Part shown: positions 46,153 to 55,254 of the stretch, piece by piece | Layout of the letters: the number at the start of each line of letters is the position of its first letter | Position numbering within the stretch: the stretch's first letter is position 1 | DNA from: a virus | Lineage: Duplodnaviria; Heunggongvirae; Uroviricota; Caudoviricetes | Direction: 5' to 3' (one strand) | Length of the DNA: 64,000 nt | Virus record (IMG/VR): IMGVR_UViG_3300033273_000374 | Location: 1-64,000 of that record | Program-made: the position numbers and the translations under genes | The notes under the pieces: generated by a model | Database searches by the model: none | Told to the model about the DNA's origin: nothing | Seen by the model: only the letters and a program-made list of their open reading frames with translations

Positions 46153-46740
46153 TTATCGTTTTATAGCTGGTCCGCCAAAGATGCTAGTACCCTTCATATC
46201 AAGAGCATTGTCTGTTGGCTTTTGTTTCTTTGGTTTTTTCTTTGCACTGCTATATGCATAAGGATTGGTTGTATGTGGATTGGCAACTGTTGCAATATTA
46301 CCACTTGATGTTGCACCTGCACTTGCTGATTCTGCTACACCAAATGCTTTGCCTTGCCATTCTGCACTTTCACTTTCTTTTTCTATTGGACCACCTTTGG
46401 CCCAAGTGTGACAACTACGAGCACTGTGACACTTGAAGTGATGCATCCAACAATAACCTAATTCACCGTCTTCGTCAAATGTGTCGCCTGGCATGCAGTC
46501 TTTCATTCGCTTGCTGATGTCAAATGCTACACAATTTCCACAGTTACTGGCTTTGGCTGCTTCTTCTGTGGTATTCCAATATTCAGCAATGTCTTTCCAG
46601 TAATTACCAGGTACATCAACATTCAATGGTCCGTAGTTGAACTGTTTGATGGTTCTATCTCTATTTTCTGTGTTGATTTCTAGGTCTTGTGTAGCAACAG
46701 GACAAGCTAACTTTTGTTCTCGTATTTCACGCCATCTCAT
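46153..46740 (-). CDS. hypothetical Cys/His-rich protein (195 aa)
   Basis: ORF track. Confidence 0.5.
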   Translation of the reverse strand: MRWREIREQKLACPVATQDLEINTENRDRTIKQFNYGPLNVDVPGNYWKDIAEYWNTTEEAAKASNCGNCVAFDISKRMKDCMPGDTFDEDGELGYCWMHHFKCHSARSCHTWAKGGPIEKESESAEWQGKAFGVAESASAGATSSGNIATVANPHTTNPYAYSSAKKKPKKQKPTDNALDMKGTSIFGGPAIKR

Positions 46741-47006
46741 AATTCAAAATACCCTTTTGTGTGTTGTATTTCTTTATCGTCTATATTTATTTTACCTAAC
46801 TCTAAGTTACCGTTGAGGTTTTGTAACTGAACAGCATTACCACCTTTATCTAGATTACAGGTGAGATGTACAACTTGATATTGGGATCCTTGCGGCAAAT
46901 TCCATGGACGTTCCAACATCAATTCATCATTGAGAAAAAGTCTATAATCATTTTCTTTATGATTACTCACTTGATGCAATTCTACGTCTATTTTATATTC
47001 TTTCAT
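46737..47006 (-). CDS. hypothetical protein (89 aa)
   Basis: ORF track. Confidence 0.45.
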   Translation of the reverse strand: MKEYKIDVELHQVSNHKENDYRLFLNDELMLERPWNLPQGSQYQVVHLTCNLDKGGNAVQLQNLNGNLELGKINIDDKEIQHTKGYFEL

Positions 47007-47007
47007 A

Positions 47008-47325
47008 TCACTTGTTCATATTAAATGCAAAACTTACCTGTCTTGCAAGTTGTATGCCTCTGTCACGTTCTGCTTTTTTACTGCTCTTTTTCATTTTGTT
47101 TGCTTTGGCTCGCAAACGTTTGAGATCTGTTTGACTTAATTTTTCGCCTGCACCTTTGCCAAGATACTGTGCTGCTTTGCGTTTTAAACTGCCGGGCCTA
47201 CTACCAGGTTTAGGTGCTTGCGTAAAGTCTTCAACGATGTGTTCCAACTCTTGTAGTTTACTTTGCAATAGTTCATCATAGTTCTCCTCAGTTATTACGC
47301 TTTCTGTTATCCTTTGGCTGTTCAT
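47008..47325 (-). CDS. hypothetical basic protein (105 aa)
   Basis: ORF track. Confidence 0.45.
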   Translation of the reverse strand: MNSQRITESVITEENYDELLQSKLQELEHIVEDFTQAPKPGSRPGSLKRKAAQYLGKGAGEKLSQTDLKRLRAKANKMKKSSKKAERDRGIQLARQVSFAFNMNK

Positions 47326-50300
47326 AACTCAACCTCCCTGGTGTGGGTTTTTTTACTTTTAGGGCACGATGCGGTACAATGCTTGCAAAGTTTCCACTTG
47401 CAAATGGCACTACTATACCGCCTCTCTCCACAGCAAATTCTCTCTCGCTGGTATTTAAATCTTCTTTTGCAAGTTCAGCAACTTCGTCTGGAACTTCAAA
47501 CTGCCATACAGTTGCTTTACCGTCTTTTGCCATCATAGCAGTAAGTCTTGTGTTATCGCCAATAAGTTCTTTATATCCATCGCTGTATACAGCAACGATA
47601 GGCATTTCAACATCGCCTTTTTCTAGTTGTGCTAGAGCACGTTTTTGCTTGTTAGGATCTAGTGATTTGAAACTATCTGGATCAGCAGCATCTGTGTTTT
47701 CAATATCACTTGCATCTGTGATCTCTACTGCCTTGCCTTTTTTAGCAAGTTTGATCCATTCTTCTTTACCAATTTTTTCAAATTCTGGATAGCGTTCTGC
47801 TTCTTCCCATTCTACATCAAATTGTGGCTCTACAAATTCTTCATTAAATGCTTTTTTAGCATGTGCTTTAGCACTTGGACCTTGTGGATGAGTAGGGTTA
47901 ATGGTAACTGGTTCACCATTCATTAGATCACTTATGCTGGCTGCTTTGCCAACTTTGTCTAGCAATTGATGCAGTTTGTCTTCAGCATCATATCCATCAC
48001 CTTCGTAGTCTTTCTTGCCACGCACTTCTGTGCGCTTGCCTGTTCTTGTGTCTGTGATGTGCAATACATCCATATCATCATCACGCTCTAATCGTAGCTG
48101 CCATGCTTCTTTAATCTTGTCTGCAATTTTAATACCAGCACGATCTGCAAACTTCTTGACAGCGTATGCACCCTTTGCAGTTTTCCACATTGCTTTGATT
48201 GCTAGTGGTGTCATTTTTGCTGCGGCTGCAATGGCTACTATGGTTTGCCAGTCTGGCATGCTGATGTCTTCGTTAAAGACATGATCATCTTTTCTTTTTA
48301 AAACAAATCTTACATTACCAATTCGGTCTAATACTTCTAGATCAAATCCAATTTGATCCGCAAACTGTTTAGCAAACCTTGTGTATAGAACATGTCTGCG
48401 AGCACTATCCTCGGGATTTTTACTGGCACTGAAATATATTTGAGTTACTGAGTCCTGGTCAACTTTGTTCCACCACTGTTTAATTGCTTCTATAACTGTA
48501 GCAAAGATTCTAAACTCATCTCCTTTACCTGTTGCTTTGGTTCTTTCGTTTCTTGTAAAGCCAATTTCAAAAATACCGGTGCCCATTCCATCAAATTGTA
48601 CATCTAAGTAATCAACATCGTCATTTGGTAAAGGGATTTCAGCAATAGCAGAGGATTGGTCATTTGGGTCACCTTCCCATTTTAGTGGATAAGGATTATC
48701 AAGTGCTTCGTTTATGTCTTGTTGTGGATAACGAACCAATGTTTCTCTAAAGTCAAAAGTCTTGTTGCGTCCTTTATTAGGCACAAAACCAAAACGCTTA
48801 TAAAAATCAATCAGTCTACCTTTGCTACCGCCAAATGCAGTATCGGGCGTTAGTGCAATACGTTTACCTTCCTGATCAGCCATGTCAACAATTCGTTGCA
48901 TTACTTCGGTGCCAATACCAGCGTTCTGTTGTTCTTTGGGTAATGCTATTTTGCTGAGTATGTAACCTGATTTTGTATCATACAGGTCTAAATCTAAACC
49001 AGGAAACTCTGCTTCTAGTTTTTGAGCAAATGATTCATTTATGTTATCAAATTCTGGAAGACTGTTTCCGCCTTCCATAATAGCAATTGCTAGTGGAGTG
49101 TATATTTCACTAAGGCCTAAATTAAACAATTTGTTTGGTGTGCTGTTACTTGCTGCAGACTTGTGTAAAGGTTTAGGTTTACCATCACCTCCAAAGAATT
49201 TTTTGGCTTGGCGTTCTGTTTCTCCAGGCTTGACATCTTGTGTGGTGTTTTGTTTGTCAATGATACCAACACCTGCTTCGTCTATGCTTTCAGCTTTGGT
49301 CTTTTCCAGTTTGTCAACGCGAGCATCTGTATTATCTATTTCAACATCCTGCTCGTCGTTTTCTCTGTCCAAACGCTTTAGTTCTTTTTCTTGTTTGCGA
49401 TTGCGTTCATGTTCCTGTTTGAGCATTTGCACAACTGCAGCCAATTCACTGTCAGCCATTGGATATTTCATAAGTGCAGTTCGCACCATGGGTCTTAGAC
49501 TAGGGTGCAAATGGCTAAGTGTCATATCTTGTTTTGACTGTGCTTCTTCAATGCTTTCTTTTTTCTTACGTCCTTGACAGTGCGCACGTTGTGAGAAACC
49601 TTTTGGATTGCTGCAGTCTATGCTGCGCTTGTATTTTGCACTCCATGCTTCGTGCATGTGCATCACACTGTCAAACACATCCTTTGGAATATTGTTGCTT
49701 TCTCCGCCGCCTGTGCGTCTAATGTTTTCTATGTCATCAAATGCATTAACCAGTGCATCCATCATAACACCAATGATGTTTGAATCCATTCTGTATTTGA
49801 TGTTGCGGAATGCTGTAGGTTCATTTGTGTCAGCCATCATACTCAGTTCTTTCATTTTGGCTGCGATGTTTTCCATCAATCCACGCACACTCATTGTGCC
49901 TACGCCTGGTATGATGACTATGCTGTCCATGGGATCATCTGGATCCAAGTAGTCTAGTGTTTCTACCACTGGTATGCTGTTGATGCGATCAATAATCTTG
50001 TTTGCATATTCTAACACTCGTGCAGTGTCAAACTGCTTGTGTTCATATAGTGTGTTCAAATCAGCAAACACGCTTTCTGCAGCAACAATGTATTGTGCAT
50101 ATTTATCAACATGTTCTTTGATTTTGTTGCGCATTATGTTGTGTATGTTTTCGTCGTATGCGCCATATAGGTCAGTGATCATTTGTTTTTGTGTTTCGTC
50201 ATCTGCATTGGCAAAATTTTGACGTAGTTCTGTTGCACTGCGCATGGGTTTGTCCAACACAGTAAAGTCTAGTGTAGGCACAGTTGCGATGTAACCGTGT

Positions 50301-50716
50301 GTGCTAAATCCTTGCATTGCTGCCGCATCTTTGGGCATGGGTTGGAAATAACTTGGTGAACCATCTTTCTTTGGCTTGAAACTGAACCTTGGATCCTCTT
50401 CCATGTCTTTGCCACTGACTGCAAAAACCACTGAAGTTGTAGCAGGATCAAAGTTGCGCAGTATTTCTTCTGCTCTGTAAGGTTGTGCGCTTTGCACAAT
50501 TGCCCCTGCAGGAATACCAGCAAACACCATCATTGCACGTTTTTCTGCAAAACTAAAAGGGCTTTTGGGTGGATCTATTTTGTTGCTGGTAGCAATATAA
50601 ACTGTGTCGTATTTGTTGTTAAGATAGTTATACACACTGGCATGCCCTTTGTGGAAGGGATGAAACCTGCCAGGATAAATTACAACAGTCTTTTTAATGG
50701 CTTCAAAAATACGCAT
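47288..50716 (-). CDS. 1142-aa multidomain protein: N-terminal NMNAT-type nucleotidyltransferase (HxGH), central GNAT-like acetyltransferase fold, long uncharacterised regions
   Basis: VVIYPGRFHPFHKGH matches the cytidylyltransferase/NMNAT signature. QNAGIGTEVMQRIVDMADQEGKRIAL...LIDFYKRFGF is GNAT-like. Confidence 0.6.
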   Translation of the reverse strand: MRIFEAIKKTVVIYPGRFHPFHKGHASVYNYLNNKYDTVYIATSNKIDPPKSPFSFAEKRAMMVFAGIPAGAIVQSAQPYRAEEILRNFDPATTSVVFAVSGKDMEEDPRFSFKPKKDGSPSYFQPMPKDAAAMQGFSTHGYIATVPTLDFTVLDKPMRSATELRQNFANADDETQKQMITDLYGAYDENIHNIMRNKIKEHVDKYAQYIVAAESVFADLNTLYEHKQFDTARVLEYANKIIDRINSIPVVETLDYLDPDDPMDSIVIIPGVGTMSVRGLMENIAAKMKELSMMADTNEPTAFRNIKYRMDSNIIGVMMDALVNAFDDIENIRRTGGGESNNIPKDVFDSVMHMHEAWSAKYKRSIDCSNPKGFSQRAHCQGRKKKESIEEAQSKQDMTLSHLHPSLRPMVRTALMKYPMADSELAAVVQMLKQEHERNRKQEKELKRLDRENDEQDVEIDNTDARVDKLEKTKAESIDEAGVGIIDKQNTTQDVKPGETERQAKKFFGGDGKPKPLHKSAASNSTPNKLFNLGLSEIYTPLAIAIMEGGNSLPEFDNINESFAQKLEAEFPGLDLDLYDTKSGYILSKIALPKEQQNAGIGTEVMQRIVDMADQEGKRIALTPDTAFGGSKGRLIDFYKRFGFVPNKGRNKTFDFRETLVRYPQQDINEALDNPYPLKWEGDPNDQSSAIAEIPLPNDDVDYLDVQFDGMGTGIFEIGFTRNERTKATGKGDEFRIFATVIEAIKQWWNKVDQDSVTQIYFSASKNPEDSARRHVLYTRFAKQFADQIGFDLEVLDRIGNVRFVLKRKDDHVFNEDISMPDWQTIVAIAAAAKMTPLAIKAMWKTAKGAYAVKKFADRAGIKIADKIKEAWQLRLERDDDMDVLHITDTRTGKRTEVRGKKDYEGDGYDAEDKLHQLLDKVGKAASISDLMNGEPVTINPTHPQGPSAKAHAKKAFNEEFVEPQFDVEWEEAERYPEFEKIGKEEWIKLAKKGKAVEITDASDIENTDAADPDSFKSLDPNKQKRALAQLEKGDVEMPIVAVYSDGYKELIGDNTRLTAMMAKDGKATVWQFEVPDEVAELAKEDLNTSEREFAVERGGIVVPFASGNFASIVPHRALKVKKPTPGRLSYEQPKDNRKRNN

Positions 50717-50753
50717 AAACTATTTATGCTAACCTAAATTCTAAACATAAGTG

Positions 50754-51227
50754 TTAGAAATTTTCAAGCAACCACATGTAAACTGGACTTTTAAATTCTA
50801 ATGTATATTTTCCTTCTGCACCTAAAAAAGTATTACGATTAAACTCCAATGGGTATTGTTCCGGATATTGTTTGTGCAACTGAACATAATCAGGATCTGT
50901 GTAACTTGTAGTTCCTAAGCTGAATACAATATTGTGTTGTTCTAGTTCAATGTCATCAATTGATATACTGTCAATGTTGATGCCTTTGCTTTGTGTGATA
51001 TTTCCGTCACTGTCTCTCTTAACATCACGATGGCTGTCACGGTTTATGTAATGCACACTCAAAGAGTGTTGTTTGTCCTCATCTAGTTCAACATCAAATT
51101 CAAAACAAGTGTTAGGTTTAACTGCTCCGTGGGCAAACCGTATATCATCTACATAAACAGCACAGTTAGGATATTCGTCATCCCATCCTATACCTGTTAA
51201 ATTAATTTTGAAGTTTACTATTTCCAT
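50754..51227 (-). CDS. hypothetical protein (157 aa)
   Basis: ORF track. Confidence 0.5.
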   Translation of the reverse strand: MEIVNFKINLTGIGWDDEYPNCAVYVDDIRFAHGAVKPNTCFEFDVELDEDKQHSLSVHYINRDSHRDVKRDSDGNITQSKGINIDSISIDDIELEQHNIVFSLGTTSYTDPDYVQLHKQYPEQYPLEFNRNTFLGAEGKYTLEFKSPVYMWLLENF

Positions 51228-51918
51228 TTATCTGCTCCAGATCTGGCTGAAATCTATAATATCCAACATGTACCAATGGTATGGTTGTGTCTGCCCATAT
51301 TGTTCCACCTAGTTCACGCCACTTGCGACAAAAACTCCAATCTTCTGTGAGATAACGTCCTTGACTGTCTATTGTACAGTTAAAAAAGTCATACTGGTAA
51401 TTGTTTGCAGACTCTTCTAAACCAATTGCATCTGTGTATTTTTGTGTACCTGCAGCAATCATACGTTCAAATACACCACGTTTGATCAGCATAAAGCCTG
51501 TGCCAAGTGTGCCAACTTCTACTAGATCGCCTTCACGTTTTCCATTTTCAAGTGTGTTTACAACCATTTTAGAAGGCAGTGTTTTCTGTGGATATATACC
51601 TCCCACAATGTCTTTGTCGTGTGCTACAAGTTTAACAATGTCTTCTGGTCTAAACTGTATGTCTGCATCCACAAACATGAGATGTGTTGCATCACCTGCC
51701 AAGAATTTAGCAGCACAACTGTTACGAGCTCTGTTGACATTGCTTTCATTGCTGAGTGTGTCTACCATAAAGTCTAGGTTGTTTTGCAGTGCCAGTATTG
51801 TCCATTGCAAGTAACTGCTGAAACACACTTCTGTGATCTGTCCGCCGTAGCACGGAGTGCAAAAATGTACTTTCATATGTGTACAACTCCAAAATGATTG
51901 TAGCACTTTTGTACACAC
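51202..51918 (-). CDS. GT-A fold glycosyltransferase (GT2-like); likely internal start at MKVHFCTPCYGG
   Basis: CTPCYGG N-terminal block and DxD motif FVDADIQF. Confidence 0.5.
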   Translation of the reverse strand: MCTKVLQSFWSCTHMKVHFCTPCYGGQITEVCFSSYLQWTILALQNNLDFMVDTLSNESNVNRARNSCAAKFLAGDATHLMFVDADIQFRPEDIVKLVAHDKDIVGGIYPQKTLPSKMVVNTLENGKREGDLVEVGTLGTGFMLIKRGVFERMIAAGTQKYTDAIGLEESANNYQYDFFNCTIDSQGRYLTEDWSFCRKWRELGGTIWADTTIPLVHVGYYRFQPDLEQINGNSKLQN

Positions 51919-52415
51919 TTGGCTTGAAAGTAACTGTCTGCTAGTGCGTTATGTAACTGTGTTTGAACTTCTTTTCTTGGATCCGTGGGCATGAGACTAA
52001 ACAGTGTTCTGCTGTCACGTATTTGCCAATATGCCCACGGACTTGGCTGCCCAACCATTCTGTAAAAGTCTTCTAGTATAACAAAATCAAATGTAGGACC
52101 TTGACACCAAAGCACATCCAGTCCCACACACCAGCGATTGAGTTGCTGCACAAAGGCATCTACACTGGTGCGATCATGATCACCAAATGCTTCGTCTTGT
52201 ATTTCTTGCGGCTGACTTGCCCACCATGCTAGAGTGTCGTCGTTGATTGAGCGTGAATATGACTCTGTTTGTTCTTCAACATCCAATCGTAGGTACAGTT
52301 CACTGTGTGGTTCTGCATCACTGTAGGGATCAAACTTGACTGCACCCAGTGTCATAACCACTGTGTCTGGAAGCACACCCAGTGTTTCCAAATCAATCAT
52401 GCCGTGAATTGCCAT
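51873..52415 (-). CDS. DEDDh 3'-5' exonuclease (DnaQ-like)
   Basis: Exo I MIDLETLG, Exo III HNALADSY. Confidence 0.7.
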   Translation of the reverse strand: MAIHGMIDLETLGVLPDTVVMTLGAVKFDPYSDAEPHSELYLRLDVEEQTESYSRSINDDTLAWWASQPQEIQDEAFGDHDRTSVDAFVQQLNRWCVGLDVLWCQGPTFDFVILEDFYRMVGQPSPWAYWQIRDSRTLFSLMPTDPRKEVQTQLHNALADSYFQAKCVQKCYNHFGVVHI

Positions 52416-52418
52416 TGG

Positions 52419-52745
52419 TTACCTTTTGGACTTGCCATCAAACACACACATGAAATAGCACCCTGTTGGGCCAGCATGTACACGATGAAATACACCATCT
52501 TCAATCAGTACAACATCACCAGGACCCACTGGAAAACTATTGTCATCCAGTTCCATTGTGCCCCATCCTTTAATAAAGTAGTAGACTTCTTCTTGTCCAC
52601 TGTGACTGTGTCCGCGTGTGCTCTTGTTTGATTTGAGATCAGTTGTGCTAACCACAAGGTTATTCAAATGGGTGTTGTCTCTTAGGAGATAGGTGTCGTT
52701 GTCTTTTACAACTTCGCCACCAATATCTTCAACCCTCAGTTTCAT
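52419..52745 (-). CDS. small cupin-domain protein
   Basis: GHSHSGQEEVYYFIKG...PGDVVLIEDGVFHRV, a two-motif cupin signature. Confidence 0.6.
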   Translation of the reverse strand: MKLRVEDIGGEVVKDNDTYLLRDNTHLNNLVVSTTDLKSNKSTRGHSHSGQEEVYYFIKGWGTMELDDNSFPVGPGDVVLIEDGVFHRVHAGPTGCYFMCVFDGKSKR

Positions 52746-52760
52746 TCTGTGTTACTCCAT

Positions 52761-52958
52761 CTATATCCTATCGTTGTATTGCACAACTTCTTCTTCGCCG
52801 TTGGGCAGTGTTTTCAACTTTACTACCTTCATGGCTATGAGTGCTTCCAAGCACATAACTATGCCGCGGCGTTCTCCAGAACTGCGACCCATAAAGTATC
52901 CTACAAGGGTAAAAATCAATGCAGTTCCTAGTAGCCATAATTCAGGAAAATAAAACAT
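52761..52958 (-). CDS. small membrane protein (65 aa)
   Basis: ORF track; one hydrophobic helix. Confidence 0.35.
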   Translation of the reverse strand: MFYFPELWLLGTALIFTLVGYFMGRSSGERRGIVMCLEALIAMKVVKLKTLPNGEEEVVQYNDRI

Positions 52959-53247
52959 TTATGTATCCTTACAGGTAAGGCTGAGATATCACAGCAACCA
53001 CAAAACCAGCAGCCGCTAAACCGCACAATGTTTGCACAACAACAGTTAGGGCTAATTTAATCTTTTCCATTAGTCTAACTCCACTTCTTCAACAGTGTAA
53101 CAAACAATGCTAGGATCACGGAGTAGTTCTCTGCAGGCGTCATCCATGCCCTTTACAGTACCACGTGAAGTTACAGAATATGGACCTTGCTTGTTGTAGG
53201 CTGTAATTACAAACTTTTTCATTTCTCTCTCTCCTTGTTATACATTT

Positions 53248-53275
53248 AATATAGCACAATTTATGGAGATGTCAA
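53248..53275 (-). promoter_or_regulatory. sigma70-like promoter GGTTGACA-N16-TATATT in a 327-bp gene-poor gap
   Basis: -35 at 53270-53275, -10 at 53248-53253. Only a 29-codon ORF lies immediately downstream. Confidence 0.35.
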
Positions 53276-53285
53276 CCTTTTTTAG

Positions 53286-53513
53286 TTAACTTTTATCCCA
53301 TTCCCACAAATTTTCTAATTGATCATATGGAGAATGATAGCCAATTGGCCTAGGGCAGTGTGTGCATCTAAAACATCTAAATTTATTATAGATTCCTTGA
53401 TGTAAACAATTTGAACAGTTTCTATCTGCCTCATCAGGCAAACGTAGTGCGTTCCAAAAAGATTCTCGAGAGTTCTCCATATTATGCCAGTTGTTCAAAA
53501 CCAAACTGGGCAA
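53286..53513 (-). CDS. hypothetical Cys-rich (zinc-ribbon-like) protein (75 aa)
   Basis: CSNCLHQGIYNKFRCFRCTHC. Confidence 0.4.
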   Translation of the reverse strand: MPSLVLNNWHNMENSRESFWNALRLPDEADRNCSNCLHQGIYNKFRCFRCTHCPRPIGYHSPYDQLENLWEWDKS

Positions 53514-53823
53514 CTACATGCTTGACACCGTTGGGATCTTCAACAATGTCACCAACGCTAACACTGTGGTATTGATCGTGTTTCGTGATACGATCTTCAG
53601 GACCAACATTGCCTACTTCAAACACATGTTCCAAATCATCTGCGATAATGTCTGCAACATGTGTGTAACATCCATGCATAACACCTATACTGGCGTCGCC
53701 ATTGTGTCTAGCTTCGATGTGGGCAAGAGCCTTAACATGGCACTTCCAACCTTCTTTGTTGATAAGATCACAAAGATCTTTGTCTAGCACAATTTGGTGG
53801 ACTTTGTAAATGCCTGTCATCAT
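53482..53823 (-). CDS. hypothetical protein (113 aa)
   Basis: ORF track; own promoter. Confidence 0.45.
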   Translation of the reverse strand: MMTGIYKVHQIVLDKDLCDLINKEGWKCHVKALAHIEARHNGDASIGVMHGCYTHVADIIADDLEHVFEVGNVGPEDRITKHDQYHSVSVGDIVEDPNGVKHVVAQFGFEQLA

Positions 53824-53847
53824 CTGCTCCTCAATGTCTATATATAC

Positions 53848-53875
53848 ATATTACTACATATATACATGCTGTCAA
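53848..53875 (-). promoter_or_regulatory. sigma70-like promoter GGTTGACA-N16-TAATAT
   Basis: -35 at 53870-53875, -10 at 53848-53853, upstream of the ATG at 53823. Confidence 0.45.
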
Positions 53876-53890
53876 CCAGAAAAATGCCTT

Positions 53891-54154
53891 TTATGCCTCT
53901 GATATTACAAATATGTTATCTTGCCATGCACCTATACCATCGCATGCTAGGTAAAACCTACATTTTATAATGTTCCCGCCTGCCTCTTCGCGATATTCTT
54001 CTTCGAGATCCTCTTCTGTATATGACGGCACATTTATTTTAACGTATGGTGCACGTTTTTCGAGAACTGTGTCATTCTCAATAATTTGCCATCTTTCTTC
54101 CTTAGGACTAGGTTGCCTACTTACCCTTATTCTATAATGATTCATCTTTTGCAA
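53891..54154 (-). CDS. hypothetical protein (87 aa)
   Basis: ORF track. Confidence 0.4.
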   Translation of the reverse strand: MQKMNHYRIRVSRQPSPKEERWQIIENDTVLEKRAPYVKINVPSYTEEDLEEEYREEAGGNIIKCRFYLACDGIGAWQDNIFVISEA

Positions 54155-55244
54155 AATCCTTGATATATATCTGCTTACCTAGCACAGTAGGAAATCCTGC
54201 ACCCGGGGACCAAACATCTTTGTAAGTTTGGTTTATGTACTGTAACCCATTTTTCCATATCTTAAAAATATCTTCGTTATCTTTGTAAGCATAATCTTTC
54301 AACCAATAAGACTCGTGTGTTTCGGATGATGAGTTAAAATACTTTTTAATATACGCTACTTTTTCAAACCTGCTCTGAGACATTTTCCTTCCAAATCCAA
54401 GATTCCAAGATTGATATGTTAAATCGTCGTATTGGTGAGATTGAATCTTATGTACAAACTCGTGACTACACTGAGGGTGTTTTTCAAACCATTTAATGGC
54501 TAACCACACTTGTTTGATATAAATTTTAGTTGCTTCTGGTGAGACATAAAACAATTCCCTATCAACATCCATGTGCCAATTGAAACTTCTATCATTGACT
54601 GCTGCATACCATTTGCCATCTCTTAGGTCAACATAAGGTTTATCAGACCCTTCTATGTCGCGCCGTCCAATGATTTCTGTTAGGCTTTTGAAGTTATCTT
54701 GAAATCTATCCATAGTTTGTCTGCTGGTTTTACTAAACCACGGATAATGTCCTACATCATGGTATATCCAATCAGTACCATGTTTTTTATAGAATTTTAA
54801 CGCTGTATCTGCTTCCATGTTTATTATAGTAATTTTAAGCCATGGCTGAAAGTTTTTCTTTACAAACAGAGCATAGTTCTTTGGATCTTCTTGCTCTATG
54901 TTTATTCCATTTACAGGTTTAATCCATGGTCTGCCAAATATTAAAATCTCATCTAGTCTTGTACCTGTTCTTACAAAACTGTCTAGTATGGTTTGACTAT
55001 CGTAACCACCGCTATACCATAAACACAAGTAACCATGGCTGTCTCGTAATTCTCTTACACGCTGATCTACTAATTCATCAAATGTTTCAGTGGGCTCTTT
55101 TGTCCAATCGTATTTTTGATGTTCGTTATCTGCCCAATAAAAATGTATTTTATCACGATCACCCTTAGCCCATTCCCATGCCTGTAGTGTGTTAGACGTT
55201 TTTTGTCCATTGACTTCATAGTACATGTATTCGCTAGATCTCAT
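54132..55244 (-). CDS. PP-loop ATP pyrophosphatase-superfamily protein (SGGxDS)
   Basis: LWYSGGYDSQTILD matches the PP-loop motif shared by QueC, NAD synthetase, TilS and CysD. Motif position and length (370 aa) do not fit canonical QueC. Confidence 0.5.
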   Translation of the reverse strand: MRSSEYMYYEVNGQKTSNTLQAWEWAKGDRDKIHFYWADNEHQKYDWTKEPTETFDELVDQRVRELRDSHGYLCLWYSGGYDSQTILDSFVRTGTRLDEILIFGRPWIKPVNGINIEQEDPKNYALFVKKNFQPWLKITIINMEADTALKFYKKHGTDWIYHDVGHYPWFSKTSRQTMDRFQDNFKSLTEIIGRRDIEGSDKPYVDLRDGKWYAAVNDRSFNWHMDVDRELFYVSPEATKIYIKQVWLAIKWFEKHPQCSHEFVHKIQSHQYDDLTYQSWNLGFGRKMSQSRFEKVAYIKKYFNSSSETHESYWLKDYAYKDNEDIFKIWKNGLQYINQTYKDVWSPGAGFPTVLGKQIYIKDFAKDESL

Positions 55245-55254
55245 GTTTCAACCT

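Noticed and set aside
47314-50222. Several plus-strand ORFs (60-178 aa) inside the 1142-aa gene
   Set aside because: Antisense to a long, well-formed minus-strand ORF. Ser/Leu-rich translations with no start signals.
53073-53222. Small ORF downstream of the 53248-53275 promoter
   Set aside because: Careful re-translation gives only 29 codons (MKKFVITAYNKQGPYSVTSRGYCKGHG). Too short and unsupported to call a gene, though the region may encode a small RNA or peptide.
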